This document shows positions 36,209 through 44,451 of a stretch of 64,000 nucleotides of DNA, in pieces (the first letter of the stretch is position 1; the number at the start of each line of letters is the position of its first letter). A program made the translations under genes and the position numbers. The stretch covers positions 2,868 to 66,867 of the forward strand of contig CAYVWQ010000013.1 of the NCBI GenBank assembly GCA_964455545.1, written 5' to 3'. A model generated the notes under the pieces. That model was given only the letters and a program-made list of their open reading frames with translations, was not told where the DNA came from and ran no database searches. The stretch is from an uncultured Thermoleophilaceae bacterium. Lineage in GTDB: Bacteria > Actinomycetota > Thermoleophilia > Solirubrobacterales > JACPNS01.

Positions 36209-37015
36209 CTACTTGTTGTAGTCGTAGAACCCCTGCTTGGTCTTGCGGCCGAGCTTGCCGGCTGCGAGGAGGTCCTGGCAGTTCTGCGGGATCTCGACGC
36301 CGATCTGTTCGCCGATCGCGATCGAGACGTCGAGGCCGACGTAGTCGAGCAGGGCGATCGGGCCCATAGGGAAGTTCGCGCCCAGCTTCATGGCCGTGTC
36401 GACGGCCTCGGGCTCGAGGCCGCTCGTCTCCAAAAACCGCGCGGCGTCAAACAGGTACGGGAAGAGCAGGCGGTTGACGATGAAGCCCGGCGTGTCCGGC
36501 ACCTCGACGCCGACCTTGCCGATCGACTCGCAGAGCTCGCGCGAGCGCGCGCGAACGTCCTCCGAAGCGGCGTCGGCGTAGACGATCTCGATCAGCTTCA
36601 TCACCGGCACCGGCGAGAAGACGTGGAATCCGACGAAGCGCTCGGGGATCCCGGCAGCCTCAGCGAGCTTGTTCACGGAAAGCGAAGAAGTCGTCGAGGC
36701 GAGGACGGCCTCAGAAGAGATCGCGCCGGCGATCTCGGCCAGCAGAGGGTTCTTGACCTCGTAGTCCTCGGCGACTGCCTCGACCACGTAGGTGCGGTCG
36801 GCCAGGTCGGCCAGATCGGTGGTGTGCTTGATCCGCGCGACGACCTCTTCCGGGTTCTCCAGGCGCGAGACGGCCTTGTCGATCGCGGCCTTCGCCTTGT
36901 CGACCGATCCTTCCGAACGTGCGCGGATCACGACGTCGCCGCCGGCCGACGCCGACGCGACCGCAAGTCCAGTCGCGATCAGGCCGCTTCCGACGATTCC
37001 CAGCTTCTCACTCAC
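36209..37015 (-). CDS. 3-hydroxybutyryl-CoA / 3-hydroxyacyl-CoA dehydrogenase
   Basis: Rossmann N-terminus KLGIVGSGLIATGLA and HFFSPVP-like HVFSPVP, with GFIVNRLL and a C-terminal dimerisation domain. The GTG at 37015 is preferred over the TTG at 37051. Confidence 0.8.
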   Translation of the reverse strand: MSEKLGIVGSGLIATGLAVASASAGGDVVIRARSEGSVDKAKAAIDKAVSRLENPEEVVARIKHTTDLADLADRTYVVEAVAEDYEVKNPLLAEIAGAISSEAVLASTTSSLSVNKLAEAAGIPERFVGFHVFSPVPVMKLIEIVYADAASEDVRARSRELCESIGKVGVEVPDTPGFIVNRLLFPYLFDAARFLETSGLEPEAVDTAMKLGANFPMGPIALLDYVGLDVSIAIGEQIGVEIPQNCQDLLAAGKLGRKTKQGFYDYNK

Positions 37016-37065
37016 AGCAAGATTCCCCTCAAAGATTGAAACAATGTGCAACTACAAGTACCGAA

Positions 37066-37085
37066 CGGTTCACAACTGTGAACCG
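37066..37085. promoter_or_regulatory. 20-bp perfect palindrome (candidate operator) between the divergent hbd-like and thiolase genes
   Basis: CGGTTCACA-AC-TGTGAACCG, 27 nt upstream of the thiolase ATG. Confidence 0.45.
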
Positions 37086-37111
37086 GCGACCGCGAAGGAT
37101 AGGCACTCGAA

Positions 37112-38305
37112 ATGGCCATGAAGGACGGCGGAAGCCGCGAAGTGACGATCATCGATGCAGTGCGCACGCCGATCGGGCGCGGCCACAAGGAGAAGGGCTA
37201 CTACAAGGACACCCATCCCAACGTCCTGCTCGGCTCCGTGCAGAAGGCCGTCCTCGACCGCGCCGGCGTAGAACCGGCCGAAGTCGACAACGTCATGGCC
37301 GGCTGCGTCCAGCAGATCGGCGAGCAGTCCCTGAACATCGGCCGGGACGCCTGGCTCCAGGCCGGCCTTCCGATTGAAGTTCCGGCCACGACGATGGATC
37401 TGCAGTGCGGCTCGAGCCAACACGCGACCAACCTGGGTGCGAGCTCCATCGCCAGCGGCGCCGACGACGTCGTCCTCTCCTGCGGCGTTGAACACCTGGG
37501 CCACATTCCTATGGGAGTCGGCTTCGACCCGGCGATCACAAACCTCGTCGGTTCGCCGTTCACCGAGGAGCTCTACTCGCGGTACCAGCTCGTCCCGCAG
37601 GGCATCAGCTCCGAGATGATCGCGGAGAAGTGGGAGATCCCCCGATCAGAGCTCGACGAGCTCGGGCTGCGTTCGCAACAGCTGGCCAAGTCGGCGACCG
37701 AGGAGGGCCGCTTCGAGCGCGAGATCCTGCCGGTGACGGTCGGCAGCAACGGCGACTCGGTGACCTACACCGTCGACCAGGGCCTGCGTGACACCACGCT
37801 CGAAGGCCTCGCCAGCCTGAATCCGTCATTCAAACCTGACGGCGTCACCACCGCCGGCAATTCAAGTCAGATCTCGGACGGCGCAGCGGCGGTCCTGCTC
37901 GCTGAGAAGCAGAAGGCCGACGAGCTCGGCCTCACGCCGCGAGCAAGGATCGTCGACCAGGTCACCGTCGGCGTCGATCCCGTGATCATGCTGACCGGTC
38001 CGATTCCGGCGACCAAGAAGATCCTCGAGCGCAACGGGATGACGATCGACGACATCGACCTGATCGAAATCAACGAGGCCTTCGCAAGCGTCGTCGCGGC
38101 CTGGCGCCGCGAACTGAATCCCGACTGGGACCGCGTCAACGTCAACGGCGGCGCGATCGCGATCGGCCACCCGCTCGGCGGCAGCGGTGCGCGCCTGATC
38201 ACGACGATGCTGCACGAGCTCGAGCGCGCCGACAAGGAGTGGGGCCTCGTGACGATGTGCTGCGGCGGCGGCATCGGCACGGCGACTCTGATCCAGCGCG
38301 TCTGA
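37112..38305 (+). CDS. Acetyl-CoA acetyltransferase (thiolase)
   Basis: IIDAVRTPIGR N-terminus, active-site region DLQCGSSQ, and C-terminal NVNGGAIAIGHPLG and CCGGGIG motifs. Confidence 0.9.
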   Translation: MAMKDGGSREVTIIDAVRTPIGRGHKEKGYYKDTHPNVLLGSVQKAVLDRAGVEPAEVDNVMAGCVQQIGEQSLNIGRDAWLQAGLPIEVPATTMDLQCGSSQHATNLGASSIASGADDVVLSCGVEHLGHIPMGVGFDPAITNLVGSPFTEELYSRYQLVPQGISSEMIAEKWEIPRSELDELGLRSQQLAKSATEEGRFEREILPVTVGSNGDSVTYTVDQGLRDTTLEGLASLNPSFKPDGVTTAGNSSQISDGAAAVLLAEKQKADELGLTPRARIVDQVTVGVDPVIMLTGPIPATKKILERNGMTIDDIDLIEINEAFASVVAAWRRELNPDWDRVNVNGGAIAIGHPLGGSGARLITTMLHELERADKEWGLVTMCCGGGIGTATLIQRV

Positions 38306-38512
38306 GCCGTCCGTCCGGCTCGGCAACTCCAGTTGCATATTTCAACCGCCGAGGCGGGATTTCTCGCGTGCGCGAAGAACTGACTGTTTGGTAACCCGCA
38401 GTGTCGCCGGCCCCGGCGCTGCGTGGAAGACTCGAATAAGTCCAACTGATCCATTCGCGCTCGCCCGCGGTGTGGTCACCAAGTAAGAATCAGGTGCCAG
38501 ACAGGAGTTCCT

Positions 38513-39712
38513 GTGCAGACGCCCGACGCTGAATCCAAGATTCAAGACATCATCGCGGTTGGCGCCGCTTACGCGCCGACGCGCGACGTTCGCGACGTCA
38601 TCGGCGCGCTCTTCTCGGCCTCGATGGCCGGAGCCGCGGTCCTCTCAGCCGTGTACGCGACGATCGTCGGGCGCTGGGACGCCGGCGTGGTCGCCCTGAT
38701 CGCCGGCCTCGCCGTCGCCGCGACGTTCGGCCTCGCGATGCCTTGGAAGCGGCTGCCGCGTGCTTACCAGCTCTCGATGTACTGGATCGCCTCGCTCGCG
38801 ATCGTCGGCGGTGCCTACGCCTTCGACGTTCCGACCCTCGTCTTCCTTCTGCTCATGCCGATGATGGCGCTGACCTGCTTCTTCTGGGAGGACCGCCTTG
38901 TCGTCGTCACCCACTTGATCGGTGCCGGCGCTCTGTTCGCGCTGCCGGTGATCTCGGGGGACGCGGACGACGCTGCGGCCTTCCTGATCGTGACCCTGCC
39001 GGCGCTGATCGCGGTTGCCGCGCTGGCCGGCGTGCTGGCAGCGCGCTTCAACGCGATGCGTCGCGGAGAACGCGCCCGCTACAAGGCGACGATCGAGGCG
39101 CTCTCGACGGCTCTGACGGCGCGCGACGGCTACACCGGAGAGCACTCGCACGAGACGCTCTGGCTTGTGCGCGCGATCTGCGAAGAGTTGCGTCTGACCG
39201 AGAACGCCTGCGAGTACGTCGCCGACGTCGCGCTGCTGCACGACATCGGCAAGATCGGAATTCCGAACGAGATCCTCCACGAGCCCGGCAAGCTGAGCGA
39301 CGAGCAGTGGGAGATCATGAAGCAGCACCCGGTGATCGGCGAGCGCATCGTGATCACCGTGCCCGGCCTTGAAGAGGTCGCCCGTGCGATCCGCCACGAG
39401 CATGAGCGCTGGGACGGCGGCGGCTACCCCGACGGCCTGAAGGCCGGCGATATCCCGCTCGCGAGCCGCATCGTTCTCGTCTGCGACGCCTTCCACGCGA
39501 TGACCAGCGACCGTCCCTACCGCGCGGCAATGCCGGTGACCGAAGCACGCCTCGAGCTTTCGCGCAACGCCGGAACGCAGTTCGACCCGACGGTTGTCGG
39601 TGCGTTGCTGCACGTGCTCGACCGCCGTGAGCCAGCCGGGCGAGAGCTGCCGGGGCGCTCGGCGCTGAAGACTTTCAACGCGCATACGCGGTTGTCAGCG
39701 GCCGCGGTCTGA
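38513..39712 (+). CDS. Membrane-anchored HD-GYP domain protein (paralog 1)
   Basis: About 5-6 N-terminal TM helices, then HD-GYP motifs LLHDIGKIGIP, HHERWDGGGYPDGL-type (HEHERWDGGGYPDGL) and CDAFHAMTSDRPYR. GTG start. Confidence 0.8.
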   Translation: MQTPDAESKIQDIIAVGAAYAPTRDVRDVIGALFSASMAGAAVLSAVYATIVGRWDAGVVALIAGLAVAATFGLAMPWKRLPRAYQLSMYWIASLAIVGGAYAFDVPTLVFLLLMPMMALTCFFWEDRLVVVTHLIGAGALFALPVISGDADDAAAFLIVTLPALIAVAALAGVLAARFNAMRRGERARYKATIEALSTALTARDGYTGEHSHETLWLVRAICEELRLTENACEYVADVALLHDIGKIGIPNEILHEPGKLSDEQWEIMKQHPVIGERIVITVPGLEEVARAIRHEHERWDGGGYPDGLKAGDIPLASRIVLVCDAFHAMTSDRPYRAAMPVTEARLELSRNAGTQFDPTVVGALLHVLDRREPAGRELPGRSALKTFNAHTRLSAAAV

Positions 39713-39749
39713 GCCGACTCGGGCAGGAGAGTTCACATAAATCCGTAAT

Positions 39750-39768
39750 CGCGGAAATACCGCGTTTT
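39750..39768 (+). terminator. Weak candidate intrinsic terminator after HD-GYP paralog 1
   Basis: CGCGG-AAATA-CCGCG followed by TTTT, with further T-runs after it. The stem is only 5 bp. Confidence 0.3.
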
Positions 39769-39911
39769 CGGCTTGTTTTTGCTTGTGTCAAATGTCATAC
39801 TTTCGGTCACTCGCCGATGGAATGACGAGCGTGGACGGCCCTGGGGAGGGTTGCTCAAGGTCCACAAACTGCTGTATCGAAGGGGACAACACGTTGCACA
39901 ACGACGGTTTG

Positions 39912-41108
39912 ATGGATGAGAACACCGCTGCTTGGCAGGGGTGGAAAGCAGAAGCCCAGCTGACTTTCATCTGGGTCGGCCGGCTCGCTGCCTTCGCCTG
40001 GCTGCTCGGCGCCCTGCTGGCGACGATCTACATGGTGTCGACCAACGACATCTCGCGGGACTCGTTCGCGATGCTCGGTCTCTGCGCCGTCGGTTTCCTC
40101 GCCTCACTGGTGATCCCCTGGCAGCGCGCCGAACGCTGGTGGGTGCTGCCGATGATCGCCTACGCGACCGCCGTGATCGCTGTCGCGACGGTCGTGCTCG
40201 ACAAGCCCGGAATCACCGCGTTCCATCTCTTCCCGCTGCTCTTCCTCGCGTTCTTCTACTGGGGGCGCTGGGACGTGATGATCGTCGGTTACACCTTGTG
40301 GAGCGCCGTTTTCATCGCCGCTGAGTTCCTTCGCCCCGGCCCCGTGAACCTCGAGCAGCTCCTGGTGGCGATGCCGACCTACATCGCGACTTCCGCGATG
40401 GTCGGCATCCTCGCCCACCGGGTGCGGGGCATCAGCCGCACCGAGCGCCGGCGTTTCAAGGCGACGGTCGAGGCGCTCTGCGCAGCCTTGTCGGCGCGAG
40501 ACGGCTACACCGGAGAGCACTCCGCCGAGACGCTCGAGCTCGTCACCTCGGTGACCGACCAGCTCGCGCTCGAGCCGGAGGAGATCGAGACGATCTCTGA
40601 CGTCGCGCTGCTGCACGACATCGGCAAGATCGGAATTCCCAACGAAGTGCTGCACGAGCCCGGCAAGCTCAACGACGAGCAGTGGGAGATCATGAAGCAG
40701 CACCCGGTCATCGGCGAGCGAATCGTTGCGCGTATCCCGGGCCTCGAGTCCGTGGCCGAGGCGATCCGTCACGAGCACGAGCGCTGGGACGGCGGCGGCT
40801 ACCCCGACGGCCTGAAGGGCGACATGATCCCGCTCGCCAGCCGCATCGTTCTCGTCTGCGACGCCTTTCACGCGATGACCAGCGACCGCCCGTATCGCGC
40901 AGCGATGCCGATCGAGGATGCTCGCGCAGAACTCGTCCGCCACGCCGGTACGCAGTTTGATCCCGTCATCGTCGGCGCGCTGCTCGCGTCGCTCGATCTC
41001 GAGGACAACGACGGCCAGCCGGCCCCGGAGTTTGCCGACTCGACGGCAAAGAAGCTGATCGACGACAAGTTCGAGCCGTCGCCCACGACGACTCTGCAGT
41101 CGGTCTGA
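39912..41108 (+). CDS. Membrane-anchored HD-GYP domain protein (paralog 2)
   Basis: Same architecture and motifs as paralog 1. The ATG at 39912 gives a protein of matching length (398 aa); the ORF-track start 39783 is a TTG. Confidence 0.8.
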   Translation: MDENTAAWQGWKAEAQLTFIWVGRLAAFAWLLGALLATIYMVSTNDISRDSFAMLGLCAVGFLASLVIPWQRAERWWVLPMIAYATAVIAVATVVLDKPGITAFHLFPLLFLAFFYWGRWDVMIVGYTLWSAVFIAAEFLRPGPVNLEQLLVAMPTYIATSAMVGILAHRVRGISRTERRRFKATVEALCAALSARDGYTGEHSAETLELVTSVTDQLALEPEEIETISDVALLHDIGKIGIPNEVLHEPGKLNDEQWEIMKQHPVIGERIVARIPGLESVAEAIRHEHERWDGGGYPDGLKGDMIPLASRIVLVCDAFHAMTSDRPYRAAMPIEDARAELVRHAGTQFDPVIVGALLASLDLEDNDGQPAPEFADSTAKKLIDDKFEPSPTTTLQSV

Positions 41109-41112
41109 CGAA

Positions 41113-41364
41113 CTAGTTCAGGCGCGCGAGATCGGACTCGCCGCTGCCGCGCTCGCCCTCGACGGCAAGCTTCTCGAGTCGCTCGATCTCGACGGCCGCC
41201 AGCTGCTTGGCGGGGTGACCGTCCGGCAGCGGCGCCACGAGGCGGCGAAGGCGGTTGCGGATCTGGAGCGAGAAATGCGGGGTGGCCGCGCCGGACAGCT
41301 CACGGACGTCGTCGACCGTGACTTCGGGAGCCTCGCGGCGCTCGGGCTTTTCGAACTCGCTCAT
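41113..41364 (-). CDS. Small hypothetical protein (83 aa)
   Basis: The ATG at 41364 lies 19 nt downstream of the preceding gene's stop. The protein is charged and soluble (MSEFEKPERREAPEV...) with no recognised motif. Confidence 0.45.
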   Translation of the reverse strand: MSEFEKPERREAPEVTVDDVRELSGAATPHFSLQIRNRLRRLVAPLPDGHPAKQLAAVEIERLEKLAVEGERGSGESDLARLN

Positions 41365-41383
41365 CGTGAGTGATCTTACGCGG

Positions 41384-42649
41384 CTAAGGAGCCGGGGCCG
41401 TTGCGCCGCCACCTGAAGCCGAGCCGGACTCTGCAGTCGCCCCGGGTGAGTCGACCTTCGTGACCGCGAGCAGCTTGTCGAACGTCGCCTGGATCCCGGG
41501 CGACAGCTGAGCCTCGTCGCCGAGAAGCCATGCGCGGTTGTAGACAGCGTCGGCCGGGTCGTCGTAGTAGCCGGACTGGACGTCGAGCAGGTAGTTGCGC
41601 AGCGGCCGGTCGACGACGCTGGCGTTGCTGTTGAGCAGTAGCGGGCCGTAGGCCGCACCGGATGCGAGCGTGGTCGCGGCTGCGACGTTCATCTCGTTGT
41701 GCGAGTTGATGATCACGAAGCCGTGGCCCGGCAGGACAACGCCCCAACCCCAGGCCGTGGCCGGGTCTGAGAAGCCGGCCACCTGGACGGCATTGTCAGT
41801 CGGATTCGGGCCGGCGACGCGACGGACCGTGCCGTAACGACGCAGGCGCGAGAGCAGCTGGTCGCTGATCACGTTCGGCGGCCCGATCACGTAGATCGAA
41901 GGTTTGTTGTGGTCCTGAATCGCGCGCAGCGTGGCCAGCGGCACGGTGTCTTTGTTGACGAAGAAGACCGGCGAGCCCGTGTTCGCGGCGAGCGGTCCGG
42001 CCGGCAGCGCGTAGCGCTTGAAGTTCGGGTCGGCCGTCGTGACGATCACTTCCTTGGACGGCTTGCCGCCGGAAAGGCGCGTCCACAGGCGGTCGAGGGC
42101 GAGGGTCAGGCTCTCGTAGCTGGTGTTGACGAGATTCACCCGCGCGGTTCGCTCGGGCAGCTCAAGATCGCCGGCGACGAAGGCCTTCGGGCGCAGCGTC
42201 TGGCCGGGGATGACGATTCCGCTTGGTTGCAGCGCGGCCATCGCCGACGCCGTGACGTCCGGCAGCTCGTCCTTCGAGCTCAGCAGCATCGGCGCGTTCA
42301 CCGGTGCGGCCGAGAGCACCGACATCGCAATCGCGGCGCGCCAGTCGTCTTCGCCGGCGACGCTCACAGCCGTCGGGCGGGTGAACGAACTGCTCGACGG
42401 GTACTCGGTGAGGGCGGCGCCGGCCGCGTTGGCTGCCGCGTCGGCGCCGGGGATGCGGATGGTATTGCGCGTTGTCAGCGCCGGCGATCCGGTGCCGCGC
42501 GCGAAGTCGACGTTGTTGTCGCCGCTTGAAAGCTGAGTTTCGAGTCCGCTGTCACCGAGGCTGCAGCCGGACAGCGCCAACGCGCCGGCAAGTAGCGACG
42601 CGAGCGTCAGCGCGCGGACGTTCCGGGAGGTGCGGAGGATCCCCTTCAT
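41384..42649 (-). CDS. Lipoprotein with three putative cell-wall-binding (CWB2-like) repeats
   Basis: Lipobox LALSGC. Three ~100-aa repeats, each with an A..A....APxLL......p motif (NAPMLLSSKDELP, GSPVFFVNKDTVP, YGPLLLNSNASV). Confidence 0.55.
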   Translation of the reverse strand: MKGILRTSRNVRALTLASLLAGALALSGCSLGDSGLETQLSSGDNNVDFARGTGSPALTTRNTIRIPGADAAANAAGAALTEYPSSSSFTRPTAVSVAGEDDWRAAIAMSVLSAAPVNAPMLLSSKDELPDVTASAMAALQPSGIVIPGQTLRPKAFVAGDLELPERTARVNLVNTSYESLTLALDRLWTRLSGGKPSKEVIVTTADPNFKRYALPAGPLAANTGSPVFFVNKDTVPLATLRAIQDHNKPSIYVIGPPNVISDQLLSRLRRYGTVRRVAGPNPTDNAVQVAGFSDPATAWGWGVVLPGHGFVIINSHNEMNVAAATTLASGAAYGPLLLNSNASVVDRPLRNYLLDVQSGYYDDPADAVYNRAWLLGDEAQLSPGIQATFDKLLAVTKVDSPGATAESGSASGGGATAPAP

Positions 42650-42799
42650 GCCTGACGCACCTTACCCGCGGGCGGGGCGGCCGAAGGCCGGCTTAACGGC
42701 TTCCCAAGGCATGCTCAAACCGCTTGAAAAAGCCACCGAGGGATACAATTCGACGCTGCCGCCAGGGCGGCAGACCCCAAATCGACCAGGAGCAAAACA

Positions 42800-44062
42800 G
42801 TGGATTTCAGTTACACCCCGGAGCAGCTCGAGTTCAAGGAGCGCATTCACAAGTTTGCGGTCGAGCACATCCGCCCGGTGGCAGCGGAGCACGACCGCGA
42901 GCAGACCGTTCCGTGGGACGCGATGAAGGCCGCGGCGCGCGAGAACATCGGCACGCTTGACTTCATGATGAAGCTCGGCGACGACCCGCAGGGCATGTAC
43001 TCGCCGATCTACGCCGAAGAGATGCACTGGGGCTGCGCGGGTATCGCCCTTGCGATCGCCGGTTCCGGGCTCGCCGCCGCAGGTATCGCCTCTTCGGGCA
43101 CCGGCGACCAGATGGCCAAGTGGGTTCCGATGTGCTTCCCGGCCGGCGAAGAGCTCCACCTGGGCGCCTATGCGGTGACCGAGCCGTCCGCAGGTTCAGA
43201 CGTCAAGTCGCTGCGCACGACCGCGGTGCTCGACGGCGATGAGTGGGTGCTCAACGGCTCGAAGGTCTTCATCACCAACGGCGGCATCGCCGACGTGACC
43301 GTCGTGGTCGCGACCGTGGACCCCGAGCTCGGCACGCGCGGCCAGGCCTCATTCATCGTCCCGAAGGGCACACCCGGTCTCTCGCAGGGCAAGAAGGAGG
43401 ACAAGCTCGGGATCCGCGCCTCGCAGACCACCGAGGTGATCCTCGAGAACTGCCGCGTCCCGGTCGAGAACCTGCTCGGCGGCATGGACAAGCTGAACAA
43501 GAAGCTCGAAAACGCTCGCAGCGGCAAGAAAACCGGCGGCGCCAACGCGCTCGCGACCTTCGAGCTGACGCGCCCGTTCGTCGGCGCCAGCGCGATCGGC
43601 ATCGGCCGCGCCGCCTACGAGTTCACCGTCGAGTACCTCGCCGACCAGACGATCGACGGCAAACCCGCGCTCGACAACCCCGGCATCCACCAGCAGATCG
43701 CCGACATCGCCACCGAGATCGACGCCGCTCGACTGCTCGTGCAGCGCGCCTCATGGATGGGCCGCAACGGCATCCCGCTGATGGGCGGCCAGGGCTCGAT
43801 GAGCAAGCTGAAGGCCGGTGACGTCACGATGTGGGCGACGGCCAAGTGCATGGACCTCATCGGACCCGATGCGTGGAGCACCGACCTGCCGCTCGAGAAG
43901 TGGTACCGCGACGCCAAGATCTACCAGATCTTCGAGGGCACGAGCCAGATCCAGCGCATGGTGATCGGCCGCCTCCAGGTCGGCGAGTTCCGCGAGCGGT
44001 TGCAGCAGGCGAAGGCCGAGGTCGACGCCGCCCAGAAGGAAGCCGCAGCGGTCACCGCGTAG
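42800..44062 (+). CDS. Acyl-CoA dehydrogenase
   Basis: ACAD blocks (GAYAVTEPSAGSD, FITNGG, ASFIVPKG, YQIFEGTSQIQR). GTG start with an AGGAG RBS. Confidence 0.9.
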   Translation: MDFSYTPEQLEFKERIHKFAVEHIRPVAAEHDREQTVPWDAMKAAARENIGTLDFMMKLGDDPQGMYSPIYAEEMHWGCAGIALAIAGSGLAAAGIASSGTGDQMAKWVPMCFPAGEELHLGAYAVTEPSAGSDVKSLRTTAVLDGDEWVLNGSKVFITNGGIADVTVVVATVDPELGTRGQASFIVPKGTPGLSQGKKEDKLGIRASQTTEVILENCRVPVENLLGGMDKLNKKLENARSGKKTGGANALATFELTRPFVGASAIGIGRAAYEFTVEYLADQTIDGKPALDNPGIHQQIADIATEIDAARLLVQRASWMGRNGIPLMGGQGSMSKLKAGDVTMWATAKCMDLIGPDAWSTDLPLEKWYRDAKIYQIFEGTSQIQRMVIGRLQVGEFRERLQQAKAEVDAAQKEAAAVTA

Positions 44063-44086
44063 GCGAAAACCCTCATCAAAACTGCG

Positions 44087-44112
44087 AAAAGGCCGCCTGG
44101 AGCGGCCTTTTT
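44087..44112 (+). terminator. Intrinsic terminator after the acyl-CoA dehydrogenase gene
   Basis: AAAAGGCCGC-CTGGA-GCGGCCTTTTT. Confidence 0.8.
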
Positions 44113-44148
44113 GTTGACCAGAAACTACGTATTTCCAGCGATTTACTA

Positions 44149-44177
44149 TTGACGCGATACCGCCGATCGGTTATATT
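44149..44177 (+). promoter_or_regulatory. Sigma-70-type promoter driving the riboswitch and hydrolase operon
   Basis: TTGACG (44149-44154), a 17-nt spacer, then TATATT (44172-44177). Confidence 0.55.
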
Positions 44178-44183
44178 GCGTCA

Positions 44184-44330
44184 AGTCGCTGAACGTCGTG
44201 GCCGGCCATTCCACGACGACGGGGGACCCAAATTCCCCATCGGGGCGAATCGCCGCAGTTTGTGCGGCGTAGCGCGAAGGCTCTTTGCAGCCTCTCCCGC
44301 GAGCCCGACAGCTAACCCCGCAAGCGCACA
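44184..44330 (+). promoter_or_regulatory. ydaO/yuaA-type c-di-AMP riboswitch
   Basis: Conserved blocks in order: TCGCTGAAC, hairpin, ACGGGGGACCCA, GGGGCGAATC, hairpin, CCCGACAGCTAACCCCGCAAGCGC. P1 pairing is TCGC/GCGA-type. It sits ahead of cell-wall hydrolase genes, as is typical in Actinobacteria. Confidence 0.8.
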
Positions 44331-44451
44331 GGCAAACAAGGCACCAGTCGCCACATCGAACGCTGCTCGAGCACGGCCGCAAGGCAGGATCGCGCTTGTT
44401 CGCAACGGTGGTTGCAGGTTGTCATAACGAAGCAGGAATTTTCAAGTTGAC

